Positions 31,662-48,854 of a stretch of DNA of 64,000 nt are shown piece by piece (within the stretch, counting starts at the first letter, position 1; each line of letters opens with the position of its first letter). The stretch comes from the human T2T-CHM13v2.0 reference genome, Homo sapiens. The DNA lies in NCBI RefSeq assembly GCF_009914755.1, contig NC_060932.1. One strand, written 5' to 3'. The notes beneath the pieces are model-generated. The model saw only the letters and a list, made by a program, of their open reading frames with translations, did no database searches and was not told the DNA's origin. The translations under genes and the position numbers were made by a program.

Positions 31662-33899
31662 CTGTCCCAGTCTGCCCTTCAAGGAGCCCCAGAGGAAGCC
31701 CGGGCTGTGGGAGGCAGCCTGGAGGCTGGTATGCCTAGACCCTGCCCAGCTGCCCCAAAGCTGCGGCCCTGTGAAGGGCCTGAGATTTTACCCTGCTTGC
31801 AAGCTATTGACCTAGCCTGCCACAGCTTCCTGGATGCTGGCAGACTCCTGGGCCAAAGGCAAAGGACTGTATTGCTCTGGGAATGCCATTTGCCCCCCAC
31901 CCCAAGTCCCCCAAGGAGGTGATGTGTGACAACCCAATTTATGATGTATCATCTGTATCACAGCTGAGGAACCCCAAGCTCAGGAAACCCCTCGAGTTAT
32001 AAGATGGGCTGCTTCTCCAATCAACTCATCCAACCTTTGCCCTACAGGTAGATGATGATCTTTATTACCGTAGTCAGGAAACAAATCTGTCCTCTGCCTA
32101 GACAAGCATCCTTGAAGATGTCCAGAACTGCCACAGAGAATTGCCCAACGCACACCAGTCTAGCATCCCCTGTGCCACCTGGCTGGGAAACCCACTTTAT
32201 CAACATAAGAGGGACAGAGTGCCCTAGGGAAAAAGAGAGGACTGATTTTCATGTGAGCTGAGCAACCTCCCCAAGTTGTGAAGGTTGAGGAGCCCAGCCA
32301 CACTTCCCCAGGCTTGTAGACGGGGCCAGCATGCAGCTCGGTGTGGTCTGGAGCCTGCTGGTCACATCTGTCATATGTGAGGCTAAGCTGGCAAGTATTT
32401 TGTAAATTGTCACCAATAAACAAAAACTATGCTTCACTTTGTGAGACTAACTTCAATAATGACTGTGTGAGGTTTTATAGTGACTTTTTATAAATTTCTG
32501 AACTATTCATATTTTTCACGTACTCCTGGGTCACAGCCACAGAAAGACTGAGGAGCTCTTAACGCATTCCCCACAAGCTGAGCACGATTCAGACTCAGGG
32601 TAGTCAAAAACAGGTGACCTGTCAGCTCCTAACACCAAAGGGTTTCTGATCCCTATGGGAACATTAATAATTGACACAGAACAAGTAGAAGGCAGTGACA
32701 CAGTGGTGTCCAGGCTCAGCAGGGTGGCCTGGTCCATGGCAGCAGAAGTGTGGGTCTCATAGGACAGAGCTGTTTCTCAATCCTACTTGTAAAGTCAAGA
32801 ATTCGGGTGTCATAAGAGCGCAGGAGTTGGACAGACCTGGCTAAAACCCTGGCTCTAAGCCCTTCTGTTAATGCAACTTTCAGCAAGTTACTTCCATGGC
32901 TGGCAAGTGTGATTACAAGTGATACCGGGGTTTGCTGAGGAGGTAATCTAGGTCAAGCACCTTATCAATCACAAGGCCTGGTACATAAATGGATAAGCAA
33001 GAGCTCTAATTAAGATGAGTGACTGAGGAGCTCGATGTGTGAAGGAATACAGGTAGGATTCAGCCTTCCATTCACAATCAAACTCCCGAAAACTTGGCAG
33101 GGAAATTAGATGGAGCCCATGGTTTGGATCCAACCTGGACCTTATTTTTTTATAGTATTTCTAAAAATAGAGTCTCATTAATGTCCAATGGCTACTAAGT
33201 TTTGTCCTCTCAAAATTAAAATAGCACTTGCCATTATCCAGTAGGAACTACAGTCAGCATTTTGGTTAATATCCTCCCAGTCATCTTTTGATATTCTAGA
33301 TGTGTATCTAGTTATGCATAAGTACATATATAAAGTGTTATATAAACAGGCTCATCCTGTATATCCTATTTTAAAACTGCTTTACCACTAAACAATTACT
33401 TCCTAAAATCTTAATACCTGTTATTTCTTGTAAACTTTGATTTACTCCGGAGAAATCGGTCTGAAACAATTAGCATCTCACCTCTTTACTATCAGGCATA
33501 TCAAAGGTTATTACATTAACAAAAAAATACATCAAGTTGACCTGACTTCATTTATGTAAGAGGTAGAAAATCTGAGTAAAGTTTTTTTTTCATTAATTAA
33601 ATCCTATTTTAATGTAAATCCTCTTATAATTCCTCGTTTCACTAAAGTAATCTTGGAATCACTAAAGTTTTGTGGAAGCACCACCTATCTGGGGGAAAAA
33701 CTGCCTTTAAACACCTGCAAATTGGGTTGATAGTATCTGGTTAAGAGGTGGTATCAGTCATGTAAGAGTAAGATTGTGACCGTTTAGTCATATTTAATAA
33801 CCCACTTACATAACCCTTGTTATTTAATTCAGATACGATGTTCAGCTTGTATTTCTTGATAATAACCCCCCTCCTCCAAACCAACACAGATGTACACAC

Positions 33900-35011
33900 C
33901 CAATCAGCGTGCATGACTGCTGACTGGCACTCTTTCCAGTGACTGTTTATTGAGTGTCAGGAACACAACTGTGATTATACAAAATGAAGTGGACAAACGG
34001 TCTTGCACAAATGACGTACATTTCACAGTTAATCGTGAAGGTTAGAAAGGTTAACAAGTTCTATTAGTACTTTTCATAAGCAGTTTGATTTCTGAAAAAT
34101 ACAGTAACATAATTTTAGTAACTACTAAAATTTCTTTAAAACTCCCTATCAATCTGAAGAACAAACTAAAAACCTGTTTATTACATGAATGCTACTTATG
34201 AGAATTTAAAATATGGGTTCACTTCCTATTTTCCACAAGTCTTTGACTTGTTTATTTACTAAATTAACAGAACGTGGGATGCAGTTTTTTAAGTTAGCAA
34301 CTTCCTTAGGGTTACTGGGAAGTAGAGTAATTATGAAAAAGGGAACACTTCAATTATTGTATAAAAGATTGCTTTGCATACTGATTACTTCTTGAACCCC
34401 AAAAAGTGCTATTTAGAGGCAAGGGCCCATTTTGTGCCCATTAAAAGAAATATACAGGTGAATGTCTGTCTCATCCCTCTAATCATATGTAATAAAATTA
34501 TATCGCTGTCAATAACAGCAAAGATAATGATATATTAATTTTAACAGCAGTTAGAACCAGAAGGAAAAGGCTGTTATACAGAAAAACATACAAATATGTA
34601 GGTAGAAGTGAAAAACTGAAGAATGTGGAGTGTTTACTGTCCCGTTACTCACACAGACGTGCTGGATTCAACACCCACGCTGAATCTCCATTTATTCCAC
34701 GGAGGTGGAGTTCACCATGGTTCGACTGCCCACCAGATCCCCAAATGTCAAAGTGAAACAAAACTCAGTGAATTCTAGATGACTGTTTTACTTCCCCTAA
34801 AGAAGTTATCTGTAAATAAGAAAAATCAACTGATAGGGGGAAAAAAAAAAGATCTGTCATTTGTCAACAGATGGACGAAGACAAGCTATTGACTCAAAGA
34901 GAACCTGCCGCGAGTCTTAGTCTTTGGAAGGTCAGACAGCTGCAGTGTTCGGTCACATGGAGATGGTGTCTTCATGTCTCAGAGGCCGCATTCTGTAGGC
35001 CAGACGTGTGC
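33900..35011 (-). other. ASAH1: ASAH1 3' UTR
   Basis: follows the stop codon; minus-strand AATAAA at 34696-34691, 34256-34251 and 33951-33946; exact end inferred. Confidence 0.7.
33946..33951 (-). terminator. ASAH1: Likely main ASAH1 poly(A) signal AATAAA
   Basis: tttatt on +; followed on - by GT-rich sequence (gggtgtgt...ctgtgttggtttgg). Confidence 0.65.
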
Positions 35012-35113
<102 letters not shown>

Positions 35114-36312
35114 TTATTTTTACTTTAAGGACGTTTTCAATTCAGAGATGTTCTGATATATATTAGCATTTCTATACTTGTAGAATTTGCTTTAGAAGTT
35201 ATTTAATATTAAATAATATAACTTAATATATGCAAAGCATGTTATATAATGTATATATTTATATTAATATAGTATAATCATATAAAATTAGCTAAAGTCT
35301 CACCAAATAACTAAAGCAAACAACTTCAACAGGATCACTGTTTCAGGTAATGAATATAAACAGGCTCAGGAAAGAATCTCCAGCTCCTTATAGGAGCTTA
35401 TTCCTGACAGCACATTGCTCCACCCCCAATGCTTTAAGACTGCCTTAACCCTCCTTGACGCACAGCTGGCAGTCCTGGGAGACCTGCCGGTGTCCTATGG
35501 AGTAAAAACCGTGGAGCTTTGGCTATCCCTATCCTTAAAGCATTTCCAATACAGTGGGGGAAACTGCAGGCACCCAGATCACAAGGCACACACCCAAACA
35601 CAAGTCACGAGATTGTGACTTGCTCAAAGATGGTATAGGCAAAACGCAAGTATGGCAGGGCCCGTGAACTGAAGGCAGGCTTCCTGTGAGAGCCAGGGTG
35701 ACCTGGATGCTAAAGGCCGGAGGGATTTGTCCTGGCAGGGTAAAGGCGGCATGTTTACTTTAGGGAGAGCTGTGGAGAAGGACCAAGAAAAGAAGGAACA
35801 AATGGGAAAATTAGGGGGGCATATTCAGAACGTTCAGGGAATGATTGTTAGCGAGTGGTGGGATGATAGGAAACTTTTTGCATTTTTTTAAAACTACAGT
35901 GTAGGGAAAAGATAAACAGATGTAGTAAAGTTTAAGGGAAACCGGAACCCACCAAGACACAGAGCTCTGTCTGAAAATGGACTGCAGACTTTGTTTTGTT
36001 GACATTTAGGTGTTAGTTATATAGTGTGAGATTTTTAATAGATACCAATAAGAGTAAAATGCTAGCCTTAATTCAAATGCTATGTAAATAAAGCTATAAA
36101 CAATATTCTGACCTATCAAGCCTCAGTGATCAATTTCTTTCTTGTATTCCAAAATACAGTTTTAGCCACACAAAAACATTTTTTAATAAAAACTCAGTCC
36201 TAAGCTGAACACACCTTTTGTGCTCAAACTGATCAAAGATAACAGAGAAAGATAAAACATAGGGCCAAATTCTTTCCCTAAAAGGCAAATATACATATAA
36301 CATTTAAAATAC

Positions 36313-36369
36313 CTTGTTGAGGACAGGTTTTGTTGACAGGACATCATACATGGTTTCAAATGAGATATT
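36313..36369 (-). CDS. ASAH1: ASAH1 exon 13 (NISFETMYDVLSTKPVLNK)
   Basis: gtgttttag acceptor, 57 nt, AAG|gtattt donor. Confidence 0.97.
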
Positions 36370-36796
36370 CTAAAACACAAGAAAATAGTTTTGTTCAGTA
36401 AGTTAAATACAGAAGCCAACAGCCTTATCTACACACATGGGCCACCAGAAACCAAGACATTCTTTAATCAACCTCCCCTCCATCCCCGCAGTGGAGTTTC
36501 TGTGGGAGTCACTGTTAGAAATACAGGTAACAGTTTTAATGGATTACTTTCCTCTCTCTCCTTCCCCTTTTTAAATTCTTGCCTGTTTGTTATTCAACTT
36601 CAGAGTGGTATCCAGCATTAGAACCAGAAAAGGAAAGTACAGCACAATTTTGCTCTTTAAGTTAAGAAAACGAAACAAAAAAATCAGTGGAGAGTGGCTA
36701 GAGATACTATGAAAAATAGGACGTTTATAAATTACTTGAAGGCCAAAGAAAAATGCCAGAACCAAGGGAATCTTTAATGGCAACAGTTTCTTTCTA

Positions 36797-36967
<171 letters not shown>

Positions 36968-37047
36968 TTAGGCTACATGCCTTAAAACTCAAAGTATATC
37001 AGTGTATGCTTTTGTTTCTACTTCTTTTGCTTTAACAAACCTACTTA

Positions 37048-37194
<147 letters not shown>

Positions 37195-37239
37195 TTAAAA
37201 AGAAAAATGAAACTTTTTTTTAATTTTAGTAAATAACTT

Positions 37240-37550
37240 CATTTATTTTTAAATTTTACTTTAAGTTCTGGGACACATGTGCTGAACGTGCAGGTTTGTT
37301 ACATAGGTACACATGTGCCATGGTGGTTTGCTGCACCCATCAACCCATCATCTAAGTTTCAAGCCCTACATGCATTAGGTATTTGTCCTAATGCTATCCC
37401 TCCCCTTTCACCCCACCCCCTGACAGGCCCTGGTGCGTGATGTTCCCCTCCCTGTGTTCACGTGTTCTCTTTGTTCAGCTCTCACTTATGAGTGAGAACA
37501 TGCAGTGTTCGGTTTTCTGTTCCTGTGTTAGTTTGCTGAGGATGATGGTG
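37240..37550 (-). mobile_element. Primate L1PA 3' UTR end in ASAH1 intron 10 (sense to ASAH1)
   Basis: gaacgtgcaggtttgttacatagg...cacttatgagtgagaacatgcag. Confidence 0.9.
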
Positions 37551-37634
37551 GGAAACATTTTTAGATGACTTAGAACGGAAATGTTTAGCTCTGTAGAAAC
37601 TAAAGAAAAACAAGTATCTAAGGAATGTGTTATT

Positions 37635-37767
37635 TATTTATTTCTATTTTTAGAGATGGGCTCTCACTCTGTTGCCCAGGCTGGTCTCGAACTCCTTGGC
37701 ACAAGCGATACTCTTGCCTTCGCCTCCCAAAGTACTGGGATTACAGGCATGAGCCACCATGGCCAGC
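37635..37767 (-). mobile_element. Alu monomer (FLAM-like)
   Basis: single left arm. Confidence 0.8.
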
Positions 37768-38217
37768 CACAATGTGTTTTCTAAAAAAGGATGGTGAGCA
37801 ATGCCTCTGGGAAAAGCAATCCCTGACCCTGTATGGTGAACACTGAGATGGGAAGTGGGAATCTTAGGAAGCCCCTCTAATCTGAAGGAGAAACAAAGTG
37901 GCCTCAAGAGATCATCTTCCACCCTTACTGTCCATGCCTTTCACTCAACAACAGAACAAAGGGAAATAATATTACAGTATGTAGGACTTAGAGAACAGAA
38001 AGTAAACCTTCTTGAAAATTAGGACTATTAAAAATTGAAGTGGGTTATCAAAGAACACTACTAACATTAAATCTTATTCCCTGGGAAGTATTAAAAATAG
38101 GATTGATGCCCATTTATTTGGACGCAGTGCTGGCTGAATGAAGGAAAGGCAGTTTTGCTATTGTAAGATTTCTATACCAAGGCAAGATATAACTTACAGG
38201 TTAATATGTAGTACATT

Positions 38218-38528
38218 TTGTATTTATTTATTTTGTTTTTTTAAGACAGAGTCTCACTCTATCACTCAGGGTGAAGTGCAGTGGACTGATCCCAGCTCAC
38301 TGTAGTCTCGACCTCCTTGGGCTCAGGTGATCCTCCCACCTCAGCCTCCTGAGTAGCTGGGACTACAGGCAGGCACGTGTCACCATGCCTGGCTAATTTT
38401 TGTATTTTTTATAGAGACGGGGTTTCGCCATGTTGCTCAGACTGGTCTCAAACCCCTGGGTGCAAGTCATCTGTCTATCTCAGCCACCCAAAGCGTGAGG
38501 ATTACAGGCATAAGCCACTGTGCCTGGT
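38218..38528 (-). mobile_element. AluJ-like
   Basis: gggctcaggtgatcctcccacc. Confidence 0.87.
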
Positions 38529-38852
38529 CTGTACTACCATTTAAATGAAGATTTTACTGTATGACTGTTCTTTTGTGTGTGGGTCATTTTTTTTCTGTAC
38601 ACCAAAAATATTCATAGGTGCCTTTCATAATGTCAGTATCCCTAGTGCTTTTTAAGTAATTCATTTATTTGCTATAAAACACACAGTCTGCACAAAGAAA
38701 ACATGAGTAATTCCACATGAGTGTCAGAGGTTCACTTAAGAAATTCTGCAATAGTTCCTCAAAGGATTAAGCTGGAGCTTGACAAATATTTTTATTTTTT
38801 AATATGAGTAATTTAAAATAAATATTTAATAGTAAAGCAACGAAACACTTTA

Positions 38853-39091
<239 letters not shown>

Positions 39092-39162
39092 GAAGGCACA
39101 GTCCAGCCTTCCTCATAAAAAAGCTCTGAGATTCCCATTTCACTTGAGAATGCTCTACTTAC

Positions 39163-39217
39163 CCAGATAACCACCATTTATACTGAAACGTTCATTCAGT
39201 GTAAGACTGAACAGTCC
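39163..39217 (-). CDS. ASAH1: ASAH1 exon 9 (GLFSLTLNERFSINGGYL)
   Basis: ttttctcag acceptor, 55 nt, TGG|gtaagt donor. Confidence 0.97.
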
Positions 39218-39683
39218 CTGAGAAAAAGACAAAGCAACGAAGTCAGAAACATCAACCATGCGCTTTAAGGCCCTGTCGCTCACTGTACTTCAGAGTGGGA
39301 TATAAAGGCCTAGCTTGGGTAATGGGGAAGGCAAAAATAAATCAAAACCATAAAAGGCTTTTTAAAAAGTTCAAAGCATTTTTGATTCTAGTATGTGAGA
39401 TAAGTAGGTGGGGTATCACTGGCAACGCTTTTTGGACAGGAAACTGAAGGGCAGAGAATGAACGCCTGACTTGCCTAAGTGAGCGGAAGACCCAGGACTA
39501 GAAATCAGATTGTGACTCCCAGCCCTTGACACCCAGCCACATGCTCTTTATCCCAGAAGAGGCTCAGAAACCTCCGTTTCCTTTCTACTCTTCTCTACCA
39601 CGAGATCTCATACCTATGAAGTGACAAGAAGTACAAGGGGGTGAAATGGGGCTTCATATTCCCTTTAGGTCCTCATATTCTTA

Positions 39684-40160
<477 letters not shown>

Positions 40161-40345
40161 TATTCTTATTTTTTCAGAAAGGTCAAGATGGACACATAAA
40201 ATAGAAGAGCATGTCCCTCTTGTCTCAGCACTCAAGCAATCCATTTATCTTCACTTATGATCACATTTTGGGTGTGACTTGGGACTTACTTATCATCAAT
40301 ATAATACAACCTACTCTTCCTACAGAACGAAACAGTTCTGTGTTC

Positions 40346-40640
40346 TTTTTTTTTTTTTTTTTGAGATGGAGTCTGGCTCTGTATCCCAAGCTGCAGTGCA
40401 GTGGCGCGATCTCGGCTCACTGCAACCTCCGCCTCGCAGGTTCAAAAAAGTCTCTGCCTCAGGCTCCCAAGTAGCCGGGATTACAGATGCCCACCACCAT
40501 GCCTGGCTAATTTTTATGTTTTTAGTAGAGATGGGGTTTCACCATCTTGGCCAGGCTGGTCTTGAACTCCTGACCTCGTGATCCACCTGTGTCAGCCTCC
40601 CAAAAAGCTGGGATTACAGGCGTGAACCACCATGCCTGAC
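40346..40640 (-). mobile_element. AluS-like starting ~18 nt from the exon 7 donor
   Basis: poly-T then reverse Alu. Confidence 0.92.
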
Positions 40641-40658
40641 CCTTTGTTCTTTACTTAC

Positions 40659-40704
40659 CCAAGAAATACTCCAAAATCCATGTTTCTCCCATGTATTAGA
40701 TGAC
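40659..40704 (-). CDS. ASAH1: ASAH1 exon 7 (HLIHGRNMDFGVFLG)
   Basis: caaatag acceptor, 46 nt, TGG|gtaagt donor; GRNMD motif of the choloylglycine hydrolase-like family. Confidence 0.97.
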
Positions 40705-40778
40705 CTATTTGAAGGTAGACAGAAGAGACGTGTAATAGCAGTTAAGATTCTAAATCAAAGCTGGACAATTAATTTTGA

Positions 40779-41092
<314 letters not shown>

Positions 41093-41869
41093 CTCTAATT
41101 TTGATTAATTTTTATTCACAACTGTTTCTTCAAACAATAAGAAGTAAGAAACATCCTAATATCCTAAGCCTTCACCAGATGGGACTGTTGTCACCGTCTA
41201 TCTGCCAGATAACCCCACAAAATCTGAGAGCACGGGTTTCCAGGTAAGATCAGAATATGGGAAAAGGAATCAATGGTCATGTTTTGGTTCACTATCACAT
41301 GGTTCTACCAGGACACAGAAATCTGAGCCTCAATTACTGTGATTCATCAAATGTTTCCCTTCAGGCATCATCCCCTAGAGCAGGACATCTCAAGGGTAAG
41401 GTACAGGCAGATTTATACCCAGAGTATAGGTCAAAGATCAGGGTGAGTTAGCGAAGTTGTCCTGTGCTTTGTACTCTGGGAACCAGTCAGGAAAAATACG
41501 GGAAAGTGAGGCTGGTATCCATTGGGTTGCCTGGCTGGGAAAGGATGGGAGAATGTGTGTTCTGGGCCTCAAGAAAAGGACAGATGTCATGACATACACG
41601 AAGATAAGGAAGCACCTCCTGCGAGCACTTCCATCAAAGCATGTAGATGGGTAGAAGTAAACTATGAGGAAGAGAAGAATGTTTCTAGCCCTGCAACATT
41701 TCTTCCAGGTTTTTTGCATGTCTGAAATCAACTTTAATAGGCAGTACAGTAGTCTGAAAATAAGGAAAATTTTCAGTACAATCACAAAATTTTACCAAGA
41801 AATAAAAAGCTGTATGCAACATACACAGAATTTACATAGCAAGCCCAAATTTCAGAAGTTCTAATTTCA

Positions 41870-42286
<417 letters not shown>

Positions 42287-43169
42287 TCATTTTGAATTTT
42301 CTTTTGGGAGCGTAAATATGATCATTTAATACATCTGGCTCTTGGCTGTTTGCTGGACATATATTTTGCCCAGATTTTTAAAGTGTGACTAAAATTTCTA
42401 AGGTGAAAAAGGAGATTCAAGAACTATTAAAATTAGTACAGAGCTGCCAAGAAACTCCATTCTAGGGTATTTTATTTTTTGAATATTTTCCCAAAATGTA
42501 TAATACTGCTATTTAGCATTTAATTCAAAAGTAGGCAGCACATTGTATTTCTGTCCCATTTAACATTAACATGTTAAGCTCAACATGTTTTTTTCACCCA
42601 AATCCAATGTGTATTTTATTTCCATTAAATTTCTAATTTGGTGAAATTCTAGTTATTTTATTATACATTTATAATAATTTATAATAATTATATAAATTTA
42701 CACCACTTATACATCATGTTATTCTTCTTAATCCATAAGGTATTTCTATTTGGTATTGAGTTGCTAGAGTTCTTTACATAATAAAGGAATTAGACTTGCT
42801 TTCCATAAAGGCAGCAAGTACATATTTCCAGTATGCTATCTTTTAAATGAGTTTTTTAAAGAAGCAGCACACAAAACTAGCCACTTTTGTTGATAAATAC
42901 TACTGATTTTCACAAATTCTCAATCATCTCATAAAATGAAGGTACTGTTGGCTATTTAAAATAATGACACTACTGCTTTGCTAGCTTAAAGATAAAACTT
43001 TTGGGGTCGTGGGGAAAATATTTTTCGTTACATGCCATAAAGCTTAAATTGAAATTTTAAAAATAGCTTCCCAAACCATCAATATCTAAGAATAATTTTA
43101 ACGAATGGCATGTGAGGTCTTCTCCCTGAAAATAAAAGATACTGCTCAGAGAAATCAGTAACTTAAATA

Positions 43170-44875
<1,706 letters not shown>

Positions 44876-45519
44876 CTATCATAATAAGTGATAGGAATTA
44901 TTTTTTAAAGCATTTTTACATCATGTAGTTATAAAAAGATTCTATGTAATACTGAATATTGGGCCCCTATACAGAGACCAGATTCTCAGATTGTTTTTCC
45001 TGCCTTATTTTTCCATCATTCTCCAGAGAAGGCAGGAACGAGAGTAATTCCACTTGGATGACCTAACCTGACCCACACCACAAAAATATCGTAACAAGCA
45101 CTCCTTATCTCTCTGCACGAATTCACCCTCTAGCCACTGGCATATACCGTTCTTACCATTTCCTTCCCACACTCACAGAGATAAACCTGCACTATTCTAT
45201 CCATAGCCCTGTGTCATGGTTAATGGCTGATCTTCAGCTAAGATGAAGTAACTGCATTCTTTTAGCGAACCAGAGACATTGAGCAAATTCAGTGGTGGAC
45301 ATCATATATTTATTCTCAATGGCAACTACTAACATCCAGATCACAACTTAAGTTCACGGCCTTTTGCTGAGATAATCTGCTTAAAATTCACGAATCTCAC
45401 TTTTTTAACCAACTTGGTAATTACATGTAATGTCACCTAAACATATTTTTTTTTTCCCTAGGAACTCAAAGCATTCCCCAAGTGGAATGTTCCAGCCATT
45501 TAACAAACAAATGTGACGT

Positions 45520-45740
45520 AATGGGTATTTATTAAACACTTATTACATCCAAGCACTATGCTTTATACACAGTATGTCATTTAACCCTTACAACCACCAT
45601 ATGAAATATATATTAGTAATTATTATTCTCCCTGATGAGAAAACTGAGGTTTCATAGGTTAAGAAACTTTCCCTAGGACACAAGGCTAGTATGTGACTGA
45701 TCCAGCCTTAAAACCCAGTATTGTCCGATTCCAAGGCGTG
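45520..45740 (-). mobile_element. MIR
   Basis: gatgagaaaactgaggtt...ggttaagaaactt. Confidence 0.72.
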
Positions 45741-46105
45741 GCACAAAAACTCTCTGCAATGTTGCCCTCCCTGATAACATTCAGAGTAGAGGGGAGATTA
45801 AGGCATACGGGGAACGTGGGGGCCTCATCCTCTTTTGCTCCTGCCAGCATTTTTTTGTTTTGAGGAAGTCCGGTAAGTATGAACATAAAGGATAGCCTGA
45901 AACAAAAGCTCCGAGAGCATGAACGTGAGGGATAATGGGTTTGGTGCTTGGCAGGTACAAGTGTCATAGGGAGGATGTGGCCACAGCACTCAGCCGCTAG
46001 GGCAATGATTCTCGACAACGGGAGATTTGGTAACATCTAAGGACATTTTTGGTTGTCACAACTGAGGGGGTGTTACCAGCATCCAGTGGGTAAGGACCAG
46101 GGACA

Positions 46106-46249
46106 CTGCTAAACATCCTGCAATGCACATGACAGCCCCACAAAAAAGAGACACCCACCCCAGGCCGGGCATCCTGAGCTGCTAAACATCCTGCAATGCA
46201 CATGACAGCCCCACAAAAAAGAGACACCCACCCCAGGCCGGGCATCCTG
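46106..46249. repeat. Two identical 71-bp copies (period 73)
   Basis: 46106-46176 = 46179-46249, separated by ag. Confidence 0.92.
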
Positions 46250-46288
46250 GAATGTAGACAAGCCCACGACAAAGAAATATCCAACCCA

Positions 46289-46604
46289 GGCCAGGCATGG
46301 CGGTTCACACCTACGATCCCAACACTTTGGGAGAACACTTTGGGAGGTTGAGGCGGGAAGATCGCCTGAGCCCAGGAGTTGGGAGACCAGCCTGGGTGAC
46401 ACAGCAAGCCTCCGTCTCTACTAAAAATTCAGAAAAGTAGCTGGGTGTGGCGGCACGTGACTGTAGTCCCAGCTACTCAGGAGGCTGAGGCAGAAGGATC
46501 CCTTGAGCCTGGGAGATCAAGGCAGCTGTGAGCTATGATCATGCCAGTGCACTCCAGCCTGGGCTACAGAGTGAGATGAGGTCTCAAAAAAAAAAAAAAA
46601 AAAA
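46289..46604 (+). mobile_element. AluJ-like
   Basis: gatcgcctgagcccaggagtt; small internal duplication aacactttgggag. Confidence 0.9.
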
Positions 46605-47204
46605 GCTGCCCAACCCCAAATGTCATTAATGCCCAAAATCTGCCATCAAGAGCAATGAGGATCCCTTTAACAGTTCTAGGGGCCAGGCCCTAGGTGTTTC
46701 ATTGGTTCTGCGTCAACAAAAACAGGGCTGAGAAATGGAGTCTTCCTGCATGATGAGGATGAAAATGAAATGGTTTGGTGATTGCACAGAAACACTCAGC
46801 CCAAATGAGTTTCAGGGTCAGAGCTACTGAGGAACTCTACAGAATAAGGGGCCAGGCTGAGTATGTCATTTGCTCATATCTACAAAAAAAAAATCTCTGG
46901 ATGTCCCTGAGACACTTAAGAAAAAAAACCAAGTCTTCAGTAGTGAACTCACTACATAAAGGGAAGGAAATACCACACTCCCAGATGAAATATGTTTATT
47001 TGCCCAATGTCGTAACGTAGTCCCATCCCCTTTTACGAAACCATAATTTGCTATGCTGTAACCCTAATATTACCAATTCCCCAAATTTAAGTCCCTCTGA
47101 AGTTCTGACAGTGAGCTGGATTCATGCAGATTTGCCCAAGTCCCTGCGAAGAGGTTGCTGAATTATGCCTTTAAATAAATACCAGCGCATTTTCTATGTG
47201 CTTA

Positions 47205-47399
<195 letters not shown>

Positions 47400-47403
47400 C
47401 TAA

Positions 47404-48031
<628 letters not shown>

Positions 48032-48368
48032 TCGATTAATACATTAATACAGTAAGTCTAATTTTATCTTTAAAGTGAATTTGATTCTTAATTATTTACA
48101 TGAAGGGAGATGACATAAAGGGAAAGAAACAAAGGTAAAGTTTACAAAAAAGAACAAAGGCTACAGAGGAATGACCTCTTTTCCTCTGCTGTCACTTAAC
48201 GTATAGGGCAGAAAGGTATCAAAAGCACAATTTTAAACTATTCTGTGGGTAATTTCATGAAGTGTTCTTTTAAAAATACAATAATATTTAATAAAGTTAG
48301 AAATAAAAGATTTAATATAGAATCTCCACGGTCCTTGGGGGGAAAATAAATAAATAAAATAAGAAATA

Positions 48369-48725
48369 TGGCCGGGCATGGCGGCTCATGCCTATAATCC
48401 CAGCACTTTGGGAGGCTGAGGTGGGAGGATCACTCGAGGTCAGGAGTTTGAGATCAGCTTGGACAACATGGCAAAATCTTGTCTCTACTAAAAATACAAA
48501 AATTAGCCGGCATGGTGGCAGGTGCCTGTAATTCCAGCTACTCGGGAAGCTGAGGCAGGGGAATTGCTAGAACCCAGGAGGCGGAGGTTGCGGCGAGCTG
48601 AGATCGTGCCACTGCATTCCAGCCTGGGTGACAGAGTGAGACTCTGTCTCAAAACAAAAAAAAAATCAATCAATAAATAAAAATAAAGAAATAAAATATA
48701 AAAAAATAAAAATAAAGAAATAAAA
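48369..48725 (+). mobile_element. AluS-like with a long A-rich tail ending ~20 nt from the exon 3 donor
   Basis: both arms, (AAAT/AAAG)-type tail. Confidence 0.9.
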
Positions 48726-48731
48726 GATTTA

Positions 48732-48854
<123 letters not shown>

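Larger units (their letters stand above)
46002..46635 (+). mobile_element. MER20 (hAT) with an internal duplication and an Alu insertion
   Basis: gacatttttggttgtcacaactg...ctgctaaacatcct...; resumes after the Alu with cccaaatgtcattaatgcc. Confidence 0.8.
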
